A stretch of DNA of 64,000 nt from Callorhinchus milii (taxonomy: Eukaryota). Positions 23,301-36,640 of the stretch are shown here, one piece after another; within the stretch, counting starts at the first letter, position 1; every line of letters starts with the position of its first letter. The stretch covers positions 1 through 64,000 of the forward strand of contig NW_024705026.1 of assembly GCF_018977255.1 (NCBI RefSeq), given 5' to 3'. The notes beneath the pieces are model-generated. The model worked only from the letters and a program-made list of their open reading frames with translations, made no database searches and was not told the origin of the DNA. The translations under genes were made by a program, and so were the position numbers.

Positions 23301-24030
23301 CTTAGCGAGAGAGAGTGGTCAGCGGGGCGAGAGGGATAATTATGGGAAACATGGAGAGTGACAGAGAGTAATTGAGAGAGAAGGGAAGAGATTGATTATG
23401 ATAGAAGGAGAGAGATGTGGGTAAATGCGAGTTTTGAGAAGTGGGGTGTGAGAGGGGACAAAGAGATTGAAAGAGAGAATGAGTTACAGAGCGGTAGGCG
23501 AGATAGAGGTTGAGAGAGATTGTGAGGAAGAAAGAGGAGAAGGAGTGAAGGAAAGGAACGGAATTAAAGAGCAGAGAGAGAGAGAGAGAGAGCAGAGAGA
23601 GCAAAGAAAGAGAGGTAAGAAGTGGTAAAAAAGCAAAGCTAAGAAAGGGTGAAATAGGGGAACAGACTGACAGGGAAAGAGAGAGATTGTGTGAGAACGC
23701 AGTTGGAGTTTGAGGGCTGAGAGAGAATGTGATTGAGAGACTTTGAGAGAGCAGAAAGAAGATATGTGTGGGAGAGACGAGGGTGAAACAGAGCAATTGA
23801 GAGAGGGACAGAGAGATAAGAGAGAGGGGGAGTGATTGATTGGGTGGAGAAAGAGAGGGGATGTCAAGATGCAGTGAGAGGGGGATTAATAGAGAAAGAA
23901 AAGGCGAGGGCGTGAGACTGTGTGCGAGAAAGTGAGTAACAGAGTGAGTAAAAAGATTGAGAGGCAATGCATGAGGAAGAGGGGCCGAGTGAGAAACAAC
24001 GAGAGAGAGAGAGCAGATAGAGAGAGATTC
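23300..24030. repeat. Purine-rich (GA) low-complexity tract
   Basis: Degenerate (GA)n. Confidence 0.85.
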
Positions 24031-25760
24031 ACCTGTGAAGTCGGGGTGGGTTTCGGTTCGATAAACTCACTTCAAACCTAACACTTGGACTGCGCTTTCT
24101 GTCACCTTTTCCGCACCTCATCCCACCCTCTTCGCCTTCCTCCACCAGCTCAGGTGTCCAGCCGGACATGTCGAGCGATTTATTATTTATAATAAATATT
24201 TTATTATTTATTTATTATTTATTATTTATTATAATTATTAAATCTAGATTATTTGACGTTTCCGAATTAGGGAATCCGGCCATCGGCTGACAAAATATAG
24301 GACACCCCACTTTTAAAATATGAAGTTAGTTTAGTTAGGATCACTTATATTTCTTCGCTGTAAAACTGACTGTTTGTACCATGTGAAGGTTTTTTTACCG
24401 TATTGGAAAGTTCTGTATCAATCTAATTACAATCAGCTAAATGCAATGTTTAAGTGTGATGTATGTTACGTAAAATTAGTAAAATTTTAGATACACTTCT
24501 CTTGGAATATGACCGTATGTTTGTACTGAAGCGACATATTGATCAGATNAAAAAAAAATATTGATCACAGTGGCAGCTATTTGTTAGTTGTTGATGTAAC
24601 GTCCTGTGTTGATTAATCAGAATCAACTGTTGGGAAACGTAACCCAAGTGATTCCTATTCAAAACTACGATGTTGATCCGATCAGCCCATTGCAGTGAAC
24701 TTTACTCAAGCATAGTAGCAATAAATTGATCAATAAACAAACTGCTAATCCCTCGTATGCATTCGCTTTTATTGATGAAATATGTAATTTTGATTATGTA
24801 TAAGATTTTTTACCGTTTATTATATTTTAATACTTACATGGAAAGTTGAGTCAGTACATACTTCATCACAGGGTCACAATTTAAATAATACTTACAATGG
24901 GCAGTGTTTAAACAGTCCCAAAAAGGCTATTCATATGGGCAAAGCTATCAGCCTTATATCAAATGTAAGGTGAACTTCTCGGAGGGCGGTGTCAGCGGCC
25001 TTTGATGTCCTCAATCAATTTTGCGAGTTTCACTTCAACCTGACACATAACTCGAGGTTATTTTGCAAAATGGACACTCAGAGATCGGTCTGGGTGAGGT
25101 GCGCCAAGGAGACCCAGAAATCCTCCCTCCAAGGAGATTAATCGTCTGCTGTGTCAGCCGGAATGCATAAGCACTGGAAAAGTTTGACAGCCATTAAACT
25201 CAGTACCGTCATCTACGGATTTAGATGCTTACAATCCATCAGTACCACAGAAGCACAGTAAGGTCAGCAAAGGAGCAACATTTTGCCATGATCTTTCTGT
25301 ATTTGTTTAGCAATGATTCACCCCTCCAGTGAGAATGTGCGCTTTGCATTCCAATAAATGGGAATACCCATTTTAAGTGGTTTGGGTTGAACTATCACGG
25401 TTTAGTTTGGATACTGGCAATCGTTACGTGCTTCAAAGTGACACACAGCTGAGCGCCATGAAAAATAGTGAACGTTTCTTACAATTCAGTTGTTCAATTA
25501 TATTTAAAATATAACGCGCAGGAAGGAGGCTGGTCTGTGTCTTTGGAAAAGTGTCCACAGTGCTGAGGATGGGGCTGCGTTTGTGTGGGTTTGAAGCTGT
25601 AATGTGGCTCCAGTACTGAGAAAGGCACTATGAGTGTATGTGTCAGAGACAGTCTGTCGTGTGTCGCCAGCACTATGTGTGTGTGTGTTTGTGTCTAGAA
25701 GATGCTTTAATGGGCTGATTTCTGAGGAATCGCGCTGTGGGTGAGTGAGAGCCTGTAATG

Positions 25761-26068
25761 TGGAGTCCTGTAGCTCAGTGGTTAGAGCACTCGCTTTGCA
25801 AGTGAGAGACCTGAGTTCAATTCCAGGCAGAGGGCCAAACCTCGGGCAAGTTTCCTTACTCCACACAGAGCCTAATAATAATCCCTCCAAAACCAACAAC
25901 AATAATTAAATTGGTCATTTTCAATCTACGACTGTTTGTGGGACATTGCTGTGCGCCATTGGCTGCCGCGTTCGCCCACAAATATACAGTCAATTCACTT
26001 TACAGTGTGTTCTGTGAAGCGCTTTGGGACGTCCTCCTGACGTGAAAAGCGCTATATCAAATGCAAGG

Positions 26069-26102
<34 letters not shown>
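25761..26102 (+). mobile_element. Full-length tRNA-derived SINE (tRNA-Ala(TGC)-like head, L2-like 3' end, (ATT)n tail)
   Basis: A box tagctcagtgg, B box gagttcaattcc, loop tt-TGC-aa, tail aagcgctatatcaaatgcaagg(att)n; taatgtg on both flanks is a possible TSD. Confidence 0.92.
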
Positions 26103-26108
<6 letters not shown>

Positions 26109-26507
26109 CGTTGGTGCTAAGGTTGACGCTGTGTGTGCGTGTGTGAGAATCTGTAAAATAACTCCAGTACTGAGGATAGCGATGTGTTTGCGAGAAAGGC
26201 TTCAAGGCGCCTGCAGTGCTGATGGTGGCGCGGTGTGTGTTTGTGTGTATGGGTGTGTATGTATGAGAGAGACTGTAAGGTGCCCCGAGTGCTAAGGATA
26301 GCGCTGTTATGTGAGAGGTAGAGAGAGCGGGAGAGTGAAAGCGATAGGCTGTAATATGTCTCTGACTTTAGTGAACATGAGGGGAATCNAAAAATTGCAA
26401 TTTCGAGTCCTGCCGTTGATGAATGTCCTGAACATGATCCTTTGTTAACAACTAATCGCTTTCGTTTTGTCCATTTCAATATCGTTCATAATTCTGAACC
26501 TGCTTCC

Positions 26508-26762
26508 AACCTTGGGCAAGTTTCCTTACTCCACACAGAGCCTAATAATAATCCCTCCAAAAAACAAAACAATAATAAATTGGTCATTTTCAATCTATGA
26601 CTGTTTGTGGGACATTGCTGTGCGCAATTGGCTGCCGCGTTTGCCCACAAATATACAGTCAATTCACTTTACAGTGTGTTCTGTGAAGCGCTTTGGGACG
26701 TCCTCCCGACGTGAAAAGCGCTATATCAAATGCAAGGATTATTATTATTATTATTATTATTT
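26508..26762 (+). mobile_element. Same SINE family, 5'-truncated
   Basis: Near-identical to 25838-26102. Confidence 0.9.
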
Positions 26763-27787
26763 AGCTTACGGTAAATAAAAACTGTCTGCAAACAATTCCT
26801 GTATGTTTCCAAGCTCACGGTTTGCAATGGAGAGGCCTTCTCCATCCTGTTCACGAAGTTCAGTATCAGTGAGGTAGTCCTGGGTAAAACAGCGGAAGCT
26901 GCCAGATGGAGGAAGTTCGGACAATACTGACCTGCTGCTGGAGGCTGTGTCAGTTTAAATTTTGGCACATCTGTTTGTCAAAAACACTTCAAAGTGGCTG
27001 CGGAATTGGCAGTTAGTGGAGAGTAAACCTGGTGTCTCTCAATGGACGTGGATCCAGTGAAAATTATGATATTCACTCGTCACAACTTAGCTGTTAAACC
27101 TCGCTGACGGGAGGTGTCTATCTGAGGCTGATGAGGTTAATGCTGTGTCTGGGCAGGACAGTATTGGGCTGGTCCCAGTTTGTGACCAACTTTAAAATGA
27201 CTGAAATAGTGAAATAAAGCAAAAGAAAAGCAACGTTTTATTTTAAATGTAGGGTTTTATAAAGTCCTACGAAAACAAATTACTTTGCATCAATGTAAAA
27301 ATATGAAGACCCTCAAGAGAAATTATTGCATTGGCAGTTACTGAACACGAGACCAAGAGTGATTTTGTTGGAGCTGAAGTGTCTTATTTGGGCGAGCGGT
27401 CGCCTGAAGAGTAGAACTCCCTGTTTCAAGGTCAGGTTCATGTATTTTCTGCTGAACTTGCCAGTCACTGACAGCTTCTCTTTTCCCCAATTAAATACTA
27501 CGATAGAAGTAAACCTGAACCACTGTGTGGTGCCGCTCTTCCCTGTGTTTCTGTATGGAAATGTAGGCACACAAAATGGATTAATACCAAACTGCTGAGA
27601 CCCTGAAGTGAACATGAAACTATAAACACCTTTGCTTGTGTTCCGTCTTCTGAAGCTGTACAAATGTAATGTGTTGTTGTTGTTGTTCTTATGGTGTTGC
27701 GCACTCTGGGCTCCCACAATATCAATTACAAGCCTCAGTTGTGAAGGCAGACACATTACATGTACTGATTGCCCTTAACAATCGTGT

Positions 27788-27859
27788 TCGCTGATGGTCT
27801 AGTGGTTAGGATTCGGTGCATTGACCGCTGCGGCCCGGGTTCGATTCCCGGTCAGGGAG
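27788..27859 (+). tRNA. tRNA-Glu-derived gene/pseudogene with anticodon loop CA-TTG-AC
   Basis: 72 nt matching vertebrate tRNA-Glu (TGGTCTAGTGGTTAGGATTCGG...GCGGCCCGGGTTCGATTCCCGGTCAGGGA). Has a G:G acceptor mismatch, A at position 33 and no T4 terminator directly downstream. Confidence 0.8.
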
Positions 27860-27984
27860 ATTATTACTTTCAACTATGAGCGAAAACACGATTTTCTATG
27901 ACCTTTTTCTAGTCTTTCGTGACATTTGAACCTTGTCTCAAGGCAGCGGACTCTTCATTAAAGAAAATCTTTGTCACTCCCTCG

Positions 27985-28320
27985 AGCTTTCTGTACACCC
28001 ATCCCACAATTTATAGCCACGCTTTACTGGCTCACCATCAAGGAACGGGTCGATTTCAAGACCCTCACAATGTTTTCCAGATCCCTTCAGGCCCTGGCTG
28101 CTCCCTGCCTTTCTGACCTGCTTTTTCAACAAACTAAAACCCGCTCCATCCGATCGACTGCCTCCAGCCTTCCCCATGTCCCTCGTGTTCTCCGTTCCAC
28201 CATTGGCAAAGATCCGAAGCTCCGGATATCCCTTCCTCTATTCCTCCACCTTGCCCCTTGCTTTCCCGTCTTTAGTCTTCCCTGAAGCTCTTCCTATTCG
28301 ACTGTGCCTACCGTTAACTC
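27985..28320 (+). mobile_element. L2-type LINE 3' fragment
   Basis: LYWLTIKERVDFKTL...LAAPCLSDLL...RSIRST. Confidence 0.8.
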
Positions 28321-28407
28321 GTAGATGGACTAACTTGGAGTAAACCACCTCCTATTTCCAGCGCTCTGAATTGCTGCCCTGCCTGTAGGGCGCCGCATAA
28401 TGGCAAG

Positions 28408-29575
28408 ATCATAGAATCAAGAATCATAGAATCGTACAGCACAAAAAGAGGCCATTCGGCCCATCGAGTCTGTGCCAGCTCTTTGAAAAGAGCAATGTAA
28501 GTCAATCCCACTCCGCAGCCCTTTCCCCATAACCCTGCAAACTTGTCTTCCTCAAATATCCGTCCACCGCTTTTTTAAAAGTAGTTATCTTACTGGCCTC
28601 GACCTACCTCTCAGGCAATGCGTTCCAGATACGAAAAACTCGCAGCATGAAAACATGTCTTCTCTCTTCCCCTCTGCTTCTTTTAGAGACTATTTTGAAT
28701 CTGTGACCTCGAGACCCCGACACATCCACCAGTGCACACAGTTTATTCCTTTCTAACCTATCAAACCCCATCATGATTTTGAAGACCTCTATTAGGTCTC
28801 CTCGTGACCTTCTCTGCTCCAGTGAGACTAATCCTCATCTCTCTAGCCTTTCCTCATAATCAGGATCCCTCATTCCTGGTACCAGCTGCGTAAATCTACT
28901 CTGCACCCGTTCCAATGCCTTAACATCCTTTCTATAATGTTGTGCCTCTTGTGCACTCTGCCCCTATTTACGAAGCCAAGAATCCCATTTTCCCTTTACA
29001 GCCTTATCTCCCTGTCCTGCCACTTTCAAAGATTAATTTGTCCGCACCCCCAAGCCTCTCTCTTCTTTTACCCCCTTAAGATTGTATTACCAGACTGTAT
29101 TGCCTCCCCTCATTCTTTCTACCGAAATGCAGTACTTCGCATTTCTCTACATAGAATCTCATCTGCCATGTGTGTGACCAATTTACCATTCTGTCGATGT
29201 CTTCCTGCAGTTGGCTCCGATCCTTCTCACTGTTTACCATCCTACCTAACGTTATTTCGTCCGCAAACTTGGAAATGGTGCTTTCTATACCCAAGTCCAG
29301 ATCATTTATGTATATTAAGAAGAGTGATTCTAATACCGATCCCTACACAGTACACTGCCTTCCAGTCAGAAAAGCAGCCGTTCACCACAACTCTCTGATT
29401 TCTGTCTCCCAGCCAGTTCTGCATCCATGCTGCTCCTGTCCCTTTTATACCATGGGCTTCTATCTTTCATACAAGTCGTTTATGTGGCACTTTGTCAAAT
29501 CCTTTTGAGAGTCCATATAAACTACATCCACTACATCTTTATCGACGCTCTCCGTTAGCTCATCAAAAAATTATA
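28408..29575 (-). mobile_element. CR1-type LINE 3' portion
   Basis: ISKFADEITLG...QLQEDIDRMVNWSHTWQMRFYVEKCEVLHFGRKN; 3' UTR ending in (catagaat)-type repeats at ~28410. Confidence 0.9.
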
Positions 29576-29689
29576 TGAGGTTTGTTAGAATATGGTGACG
29601 TCATCTTAAAATTAGCGTTAGGCCATTTAAGAGTGAAATTTGATAAAATTTTGTGGAAATCTGGAATTCTCTCCCGCAAGATGCTGTGG

Positions 29690-30210
29690 ATGATAAATCC
29701 ATTCGTACAGTCAAGACTAAGGTGGATAGTAATCCGAAAATATGGTTCCCGCACATTGTTCCGTAATCTTCTCCGTACCCCCATCACACCAGTTCTAGCC
29801 AAGGTTCCCGTCAACGATCGGGTCGATTTCAAAAGGCTCAAACTTGTTTGCTGAACCCCTCATTCCCAGCTACCTTCCAACATTTACCACGTGTTTACAA
29901 CTCAACACCCAACAAACTTTGTTCCCATCGATTTGCTCCTGCTTTCTGCATAGAGCTCGTGCTCCCCATTCCACCATTTGTGGTCGATTTTTTGAGTCAC
30001 TTCGCCCCGAAATCCGGGAACACACTTCAACTATCCCCTACCTTTGCCCCATCCTTCCCGTCTTCTGGTCTCTCCTGAAGAACTTCCTAATTGACCTTGA
30101 CCCTGTTATTCCCCGTTCACCCCGGCTCATAGCGGTGCTCCACAACTTCACTACGCTTTGAAATGCCGCCCTATGTGAGAGGCGCTCTATAATTGCAAGA
30201 TATATTTGTT
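29690..30210 (+). mobile_element. L2-type LINE 3' end
   Basis: PITPVLAKVPVNDRVDFK...; ends in cgctttgaa...gaggcgctctataattgcaag, similar to the SINE tail. Confidence 0.7.
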
Positions 30211-30737
30211 GTGTACAAAACACCGGCTTGACAGCACTAACGCTCTGATTGTGAGCTTTCACAGCTCTGCCCTGCACAACCGGCCAAAGATCAAGATCTC
30301 GGTAACTCATGTCTTTTGGAATAGAATAATATCCGAAATACTGAAGGGATAAAAATCAAGATCCATCTAGTTCGCCTTCCACGTGCCATGCGCTCGCATG
30401 CAAATATGTCCCGTAATCCTGTGTGCTATATCCCATAGCGTTATTTCCTCAAATAAAACTATTTAATCTATGTTTGAAAGAATCAACATTTCCTGCTTCA
30501 ACCGTCTCCCTCGGGGACCTGTGACACAAATGCGCTATTCGCTGACTGACATAGTGCTTGCGTAGGTTGGTGCTGAATTGAGCACTCGAACCGCAAGCAG
30601 TCCGCTGGATTCCGCTGTGTACAAAAAATACACGACCAGCTAGTAAACCGCTGTCTAACTGTCCTCCTTTGACTGTCCATGCCCCTGTCCATCAGGATCA
30701 AAGCTTCGCCAACACCCTACTTCTGTCAGATCCAGAT

Positions 30738-31065
30738 AATAATAATAATAAAAATAATAATAATCCTTGCATTTGATGCATCGCTTTTCGCGTCTTCTCG
30801 ACGTCTCAAAGCGCTTCAAAGATTAGACTGTAAAGTGAGTTAACTGTATATTTGTGGGCGAATAGCGGAAGCCATTTGCGCACAGAAGGATCCCACAAAG
30901 AGTCGTGGATTGAAGATGACCAATTTATTATTGTTTTGTTTTGGAGGGATTATTATGTGGCGTGTGGAGTAATGAAACTCACCGAAGATTTCGACCTGCC
31001 TGGAACTAAACACAGGTGGCTCAATAGTAAGGAGAGTGCTCTAACCACTGAGCTACAGGACTCCA
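30738..31065 (-). mobile_element. tRNA-derived SINE, full length, diverged
   Basis: (AAT)n...ctaaccactgagctacaggactcca. Confidence 0.88.
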
Positions 31066-31964
31066 AAAGCAAGAAGGTACTCTCTGCGCTCCAATATTAC
31101 GCGGCTGCATGAATACCTCACATTACACACACCGTGGGGCTTTCAGCCATTCTGGACACACTCTGTATCCCAATTCCGCAGATGTTTTGTCTGACACCCT
31201 GGTTTAACTTATCCAAGTTTGTCTCAAGACCTATATCATAGGCCTCGCCAGGGATCAATTTTCTCCAACTTACCCAGTTCAGCTATGACCCCCCACTTCG
31301 ATGAATGCGGTGAGCATTTACCTTGACCTCCCAAATTGATACGCGGTCTATGAGTGTAAATTTGTAATCAAATTGCAACAAATTTGTTTCAAGGATTTGC
31401 AATATTATTGTATCGTATTGTGAAAAATGTAACTGGTATGATGGCCTTCAGTTTCTTTAAGAAGTCCTGATAGGATCATCTTGCTACCTGAGCCCCAATG
31501 TGTCTCGCTGACGATCAAATGAAGAACTTCAGGGCTCACACCTGTCCCGTTGTGTGACAGTTCAGAACCAGACTCAATCTTGGATTGTGACTGAGAATTG
31601 GGGATGAATATGAAGCTCTGACCTCACCTGGTACCCGCCTGAGAGAGAAACGCTGGTCCTGGGAGTCCACCTCGACACTGGGGTGGGACAGGTGGCATTC
31701 TGCAGCACTGATAATATGTCTCAACCGTACGATCTCAAACACACTTGCACAGAAAAGTTTATTCTTACTTCAGTCCCTGTGCAGATGATTGCGGGATCAA
31801 CACTGATTCGTGGCGAATGTTCCCGCTGACAGTTTAATGAGCAGGAACCATTAGATATGAACGGCGTTTGACTTTATTTCACCGCTGTCTGGGATACGAT
31901 CATAAGAACATAACAAAATAGGAATTTCCTGAGCCAAACATGAAATCCCTCTCGATTGCCTTCC

Positions 31965-34900
31965 AACCTTCTTGCAGTCCCTTGGCATGACTTGTACAAA
32001 ACTTTCCAATGCATCTATGTCTGTGTGTGTCTCTCTCTGTCTGTGCGTATGTAACTGGGACAACCCTTGCCAAGGAGGGAGCTATACAAATTTATGTTTT
32101 CCTTGTTGTTGTTAGCGACTCTGCTCGTGTCTGTGTGTGTGTTTTGTGAGTGTGAATGTGTGCGTCTCTGTTTGCATATGTGCCTGTGCATTTCATTCGC
32201 TCTTTACATATCTGTGTGCGTTTGTGTGTGTTTATCTGTCTTTGATTGTAATTCTGTGATGTTGTGTGTGTGTGCGTCGGTGTGTGTGTTTGTGGCTAAG
32301 TCTCTCTATATATATTTGTTTGTCCATATTCTGGAGAATGACATGTATCAAAAATAGAAGTGAGTTTCTCCTGGTTTCCTGGCTGACAACACCACCAATA
32401 AAAATTGGACGCTCACTTCACTGCAATTTGATAACTACAATCACTTACGCAATACACTGCCTCGATACTTTACAAAAGGCATGTCCAAATGGCGTCACGC
32501 GGGCCACATGTGTCCCGGTGGTGAATTTTTTTGGCGAGATACCATTTCCAACCTTCAACCATCCCCTCCCTCCCTGTTGAACGTCCTCGTGTGGCAGCAG
32601 GAGGACCCGGCGGTTGGGAGGCCTCAGTGTGGAGAGTGGAATAATACCGGCAATTGCTGCAGTGGCTCAGGAAGGCGAGCATTTGTCTAATCAATCACAC
32701 CGTTAGCCACCGCCAACTCCTCCAGATGCAGATAGTGATTGCCGCGTGGCTGATAACAGCGATAACAAACTCCAGCATTGCTGGGGTCAACGCACCTACA
32801 GACTCGAATTGAATTTCCAAACTTTAGAGTAACAAGAGAATACAATATGAAACAGTTGCTTTGTTCAAATCAGGTAAATTGTTTATTAGCTGATAAGGTA
32901 ACTCAGCAAATAACGAAAGGCGGAACAGAAACTGTATACAATTCAGCTACAAGTACAAGTATCTTACAGGTAAATTTTCAGTGTGTATTTGCAACATAAT
33001 TTGTCACAACTCTCGAAGCATCTGTAAATGACTAACAAAGCAGTCCTCAAGACAACACTCGATTTTCTTCCTTTTAAAATTAACCAAAGACAATACACGA
33101 TTAAATTCCTTTATTTTAGAAGCCACCTCGATCCTCTCCTCACCCAATAGCCCCACATAAACGAACAAGCTGCTGTTCCTTCCCAACTGAACCACGTCTC
33201 CCTACTCTCTCTTTTGCATTTCTAACCTTCTTAACATATAGGGTTGGCCGTTACATCAACTTGCCTAATCAACAAGTATTTGAATAATCTATTCATTTAT
33301 TTTTAGTCACATTTTTGCTCGTGATGAGTTTATGTTTAAAAAAACATTCTGGTTAAACAGCAACACGCATTTGCTCCTTGTTGATTTTGTCTGAGCGTAT
33401 TTTGAAAGGAATCTGGAATAAAATAATAATAGTAGTAATAATTATATCAAAGTATCTGGAAGCAATTTCACTGAGCAACAAGGGGGCTTACAGATCATGA
33501 AGCCCCATTCATTCGTTAATTGGAACCTATTTGACAGTATATTCTGTGAAAGCCTTTCAGATGGCGTGGTAATGTTCTATATCCATTACAAGGATTATGA
33601 TTATTGCAGCGCACCGATTTAAATAAAAGCCAGGCTATCAGTTGCTCATTAAATTATGATTCGTTTTCAACTTTTCACAAATTAAACGAGTGGCACACGT
33701 TTCACTTTACTTATTTAGATTAAATATGTGGTTAAACGGATAGATGACAAGATAATTGACATTCTCTCTGAACTTAGATTGTGTTAAAGCATAAATGACT
33801 GTATTTGTGCAGCAACTCAAAACCATCAGCATGTCTGTCACTTGTTGGACAATAAACACTGGGTCATTGTAACTGATGTAGAAATAATTGTCCAACGTTC
33901 GTAATAATATGAACTCTAAAACATACATCAGCCATAACACGATGAAGCTGACGGATATGGCGAAGAGTAAGATAATGGATTTCCTTCGATTCCCCATCTC
34001 TGCATCACTGAGACTATTGCTTCTCTGGTGCAGGAGTTTTCTGCGGATTCTGTTGGCCGCTAAAATGTGACTGACTGTCACCACGTTCATCAGCAAAATC
34101 AGAAAGAATGGAACAAACGGGGATATTATAGTGTCAAAGCAGTGGAACACAATCCATGTGGGAGAGGTGTAGAAAACCGCTTTGGCCTTGCAATACCAAG
34201 GCACTTTGTTCAGTATCTCTCTGGGCTCAAACATAAAGTACCAGGGAATGCTGATGAAACAACTCAGAGCAGAAATCTCTCCGACAACCACGGCTGCTGT
34301 TCTCTCGGTGCAATAACGTGTTTTCAGTTTCACCCAACAGATGGCGACCAGACGATCAAAGGTGAAAGCCACTGTGAACCAGACTGACATGTGTGTCACA
34401 GCCGAAATCAGCACCAATCTGAGTGAACACACGGGAGTGATTTCCAGAAATGTGTGATTGAAATAAAGAGAATGTATCTGGTTCAAAACCACATCGTTGA
34501 TGGCGAACAGGAGATCGGCCACTGCCACACTTTCCCCGGGACAGGACCACAATGGCCAACAGATTCGCTGTGAGAAAGTGGAACAGCAAACAAACATATT
34601 TACCTGTGCGCTGCGTAAGTTGATGGTATTTAGCTCAAAGTTCATTCACGCAGCAGTTTCCCATCAATACTCATGGATTGATGGGCTCATTTAAAAAAAA
34701 AATTCAAAGCATTAATAAGGAATATTGAAACGATCAAACACAGGAATCTCGCTTCACAGGCGACTTCGGTAACCAATGAGTTGCAGATATTATTTAACCA
34801 ATGAAATACAGACGAAAATATCCGGTAACATGTAAGACGTTCTGCCGAATTCCCTCTCTGTCGCCTGCTCTGTTGAACATGAAAGATCTCCTGTGACACT

Positions 34901-36640
34901 ACCAGAAAATAGAATGAACTATGTCCACATTTCCTGGCCATGTATACACCAAATAAAGTGTGTATCCTCAAATATGTATTGCGCTTCTCTGGTTACAATC
35001 ATGTTAACATCTGACAGGACATTGTCAAGTGTATGAATTGAATATAATCTTAAAGATGTGGAACTTATTTAGTATCAACATGTATTCCTGCAGATGAGAA
35101 CATAAATCCGAATATTCACCTCAACTAATTGAACATGGCGTTAAAAATTCCACTGTGGTAATGTAAAAAGCGTTCGCCTCACGTACAGCATAATTCGCAA
35201 TAACGTCAAAATAAATGAAGGGCTCAATCGCGATATTTATAATCAGACACCGAAAATTTCGAGATTCTCCAATATTTTTCTCACTGGGCACCTCAAACCC
35301 CTCCATTCACAACATCCAACTCATTGAAAACAATTCCAAACATGTCCAATCTCACACAATCTCCGCACACACGTCACTCCAGTCATTGCCAGGATTCCCT
35401 GCCTCCTTTGCAGAAAACACATTGATACAACGATACTCAAAATATTTGCAAACCATTCCCTGCCCTGGCATACCTCTGTCTCTCAACCTACTGATATAAT
35501 TGGCTCGCTCATCTGATCAATCCTTCCTCACCGCCAGACATTCTTACAGCAAATGTGTCCTGAAACACTGGAGGCTCAATGTCTCCAACTCACAACCTTT
35601 TGAGCGACCGTCAGATAAGAACGAAAGATATTCTTTTAGGACTGTACCTACGGTCACCATTGTAACACGCGTAGTAATGAGAAGACCCTCAATGAAGAAG
35701 GGACACACTATCAGTCTCACAGCGAGAGTGGAGAGGGTTCAGCCAACGACAATATCTTATCTTTATAGAGACATCAAAAAAGACATCAGCGGATCAGAAG
35801 TCACAGCTGGAGAAGTAGAAGTAGATGTGTGTGCCATGCGCAAACTTGTGGTACATCGGGATACAAGTAAAATTTGTATCTAACTAATTACCTGCAATAC
35901 CAATAGCTGCAATAATAGGATAATAAACTATCATTATCCGAAAAAGTGTTGGCAGATACTGCCAAGGAAAGAAGGCTAACGCTCTCAACATTTTGTATCA
36001 CCAGCATATACGCTGTCAGTGCTGGACACTCAAATCTGTCAGTGTTAATATGCCAGAATTGTCTCCACTGGGAATAGGCTACTTGCAGAAATGATTGTGA
36101 AACACCAATATTTCTCTTCTGGCACGAACTGCTGACTGGATTCCTTGGAGGATGTAAGCAGGATCTCATGGGGGCTGAGGCCGCTTTAAGGTGACGTGTT
36201 CAACAACAGGAAGCAGGAATGAAATCTAAACCGTGTTGTGGTCAGTGTGTGACTGTCTGAGTTAGGCCAGTTACATGTTGCATTTAATGACTGTGATTTT
36301 GTTTTTTGATCAGAGCGCATGAATGGCGGCTGAGGTCACTGTAATCAGATAGGTTTCATTACCAGGCTCGTGGGGTGGGTAAAAAGAAAGGGTTGGTCTT
36401 GTCCTGGCCCAACATCCACCACAAAGAATTGTTCTTTCCCAGAGAGAGAGAAACCAATATTTTCCCAAACTGTGAGAGAATGGATGCACCCATTGCACAT
36501 TCTCTCACTTTGCTAAATCATATCATGTTATTTCATAAGAGAAAACTATGTGATCCGTGCTTCAAAGAATCAACACTCCCTGCTTGAAGCTTCCGACTCC
36601 CTAGGGTGCATTTTCCACAGATTAACTATCCGCTAACTGA
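31965..36640. repeat. Older segmental duplicate of ~55345-59900 (GPCR unit B)
   Basis: Collinear from cttggcatgact through the GPCR to aaagaatcaacactccctgctt; the flanks are more diverged than the gene. Confidence 0.9.
33707..35991 (-). pseudogene. GPR139-like GPCR, copy B (exon 1 35991-35892; exon 2 34567-33707) with a 38-bp frameshifting deletion at ~34526
   Basis: Exon 1 encodes MLRALAFFPWQYLPTLFRIMIVYYPIIAAIGIA. Exon 2 is 861 nt vs 899 nt in copy C, so the spliced frame goes ...RGKCG-SGRSPV... and stops at 34356. Confidence 0.88.

Noticed and set aside
25761-25835. SINE heads as true tRNA-Ala genes
   Set aside because: No proper acceptor stem, and each continues into the SINE body and (ATT)n tail.
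26880-27080. Faint Myb/SANT-like fragments (TDLLLEAV, KVAAELAVSG)
   Set aside because: Broken by stops and too short to support without a profile search.
27313-27756. 147-aa minus-strand ORF
   Set aside because: No recognisable motif or splice context, and it includes a microsatellite-derived poly-Asn.
32481-32690. Small ORF (MSKWRHAG...) open in both duplicates (also 55843-56052)
   Set aside because: Most differences between the copies are non-synonymous and there is no recognisable domain; consistent with neutral duplicated DNA.
33707-34645. 312-aa ORF as an intact single-exon GPCR
   Set aside because: Its N-terminus is intron plus out-of-frame exon sequence joined by a 38-bp deletion, and it lacks TM1.
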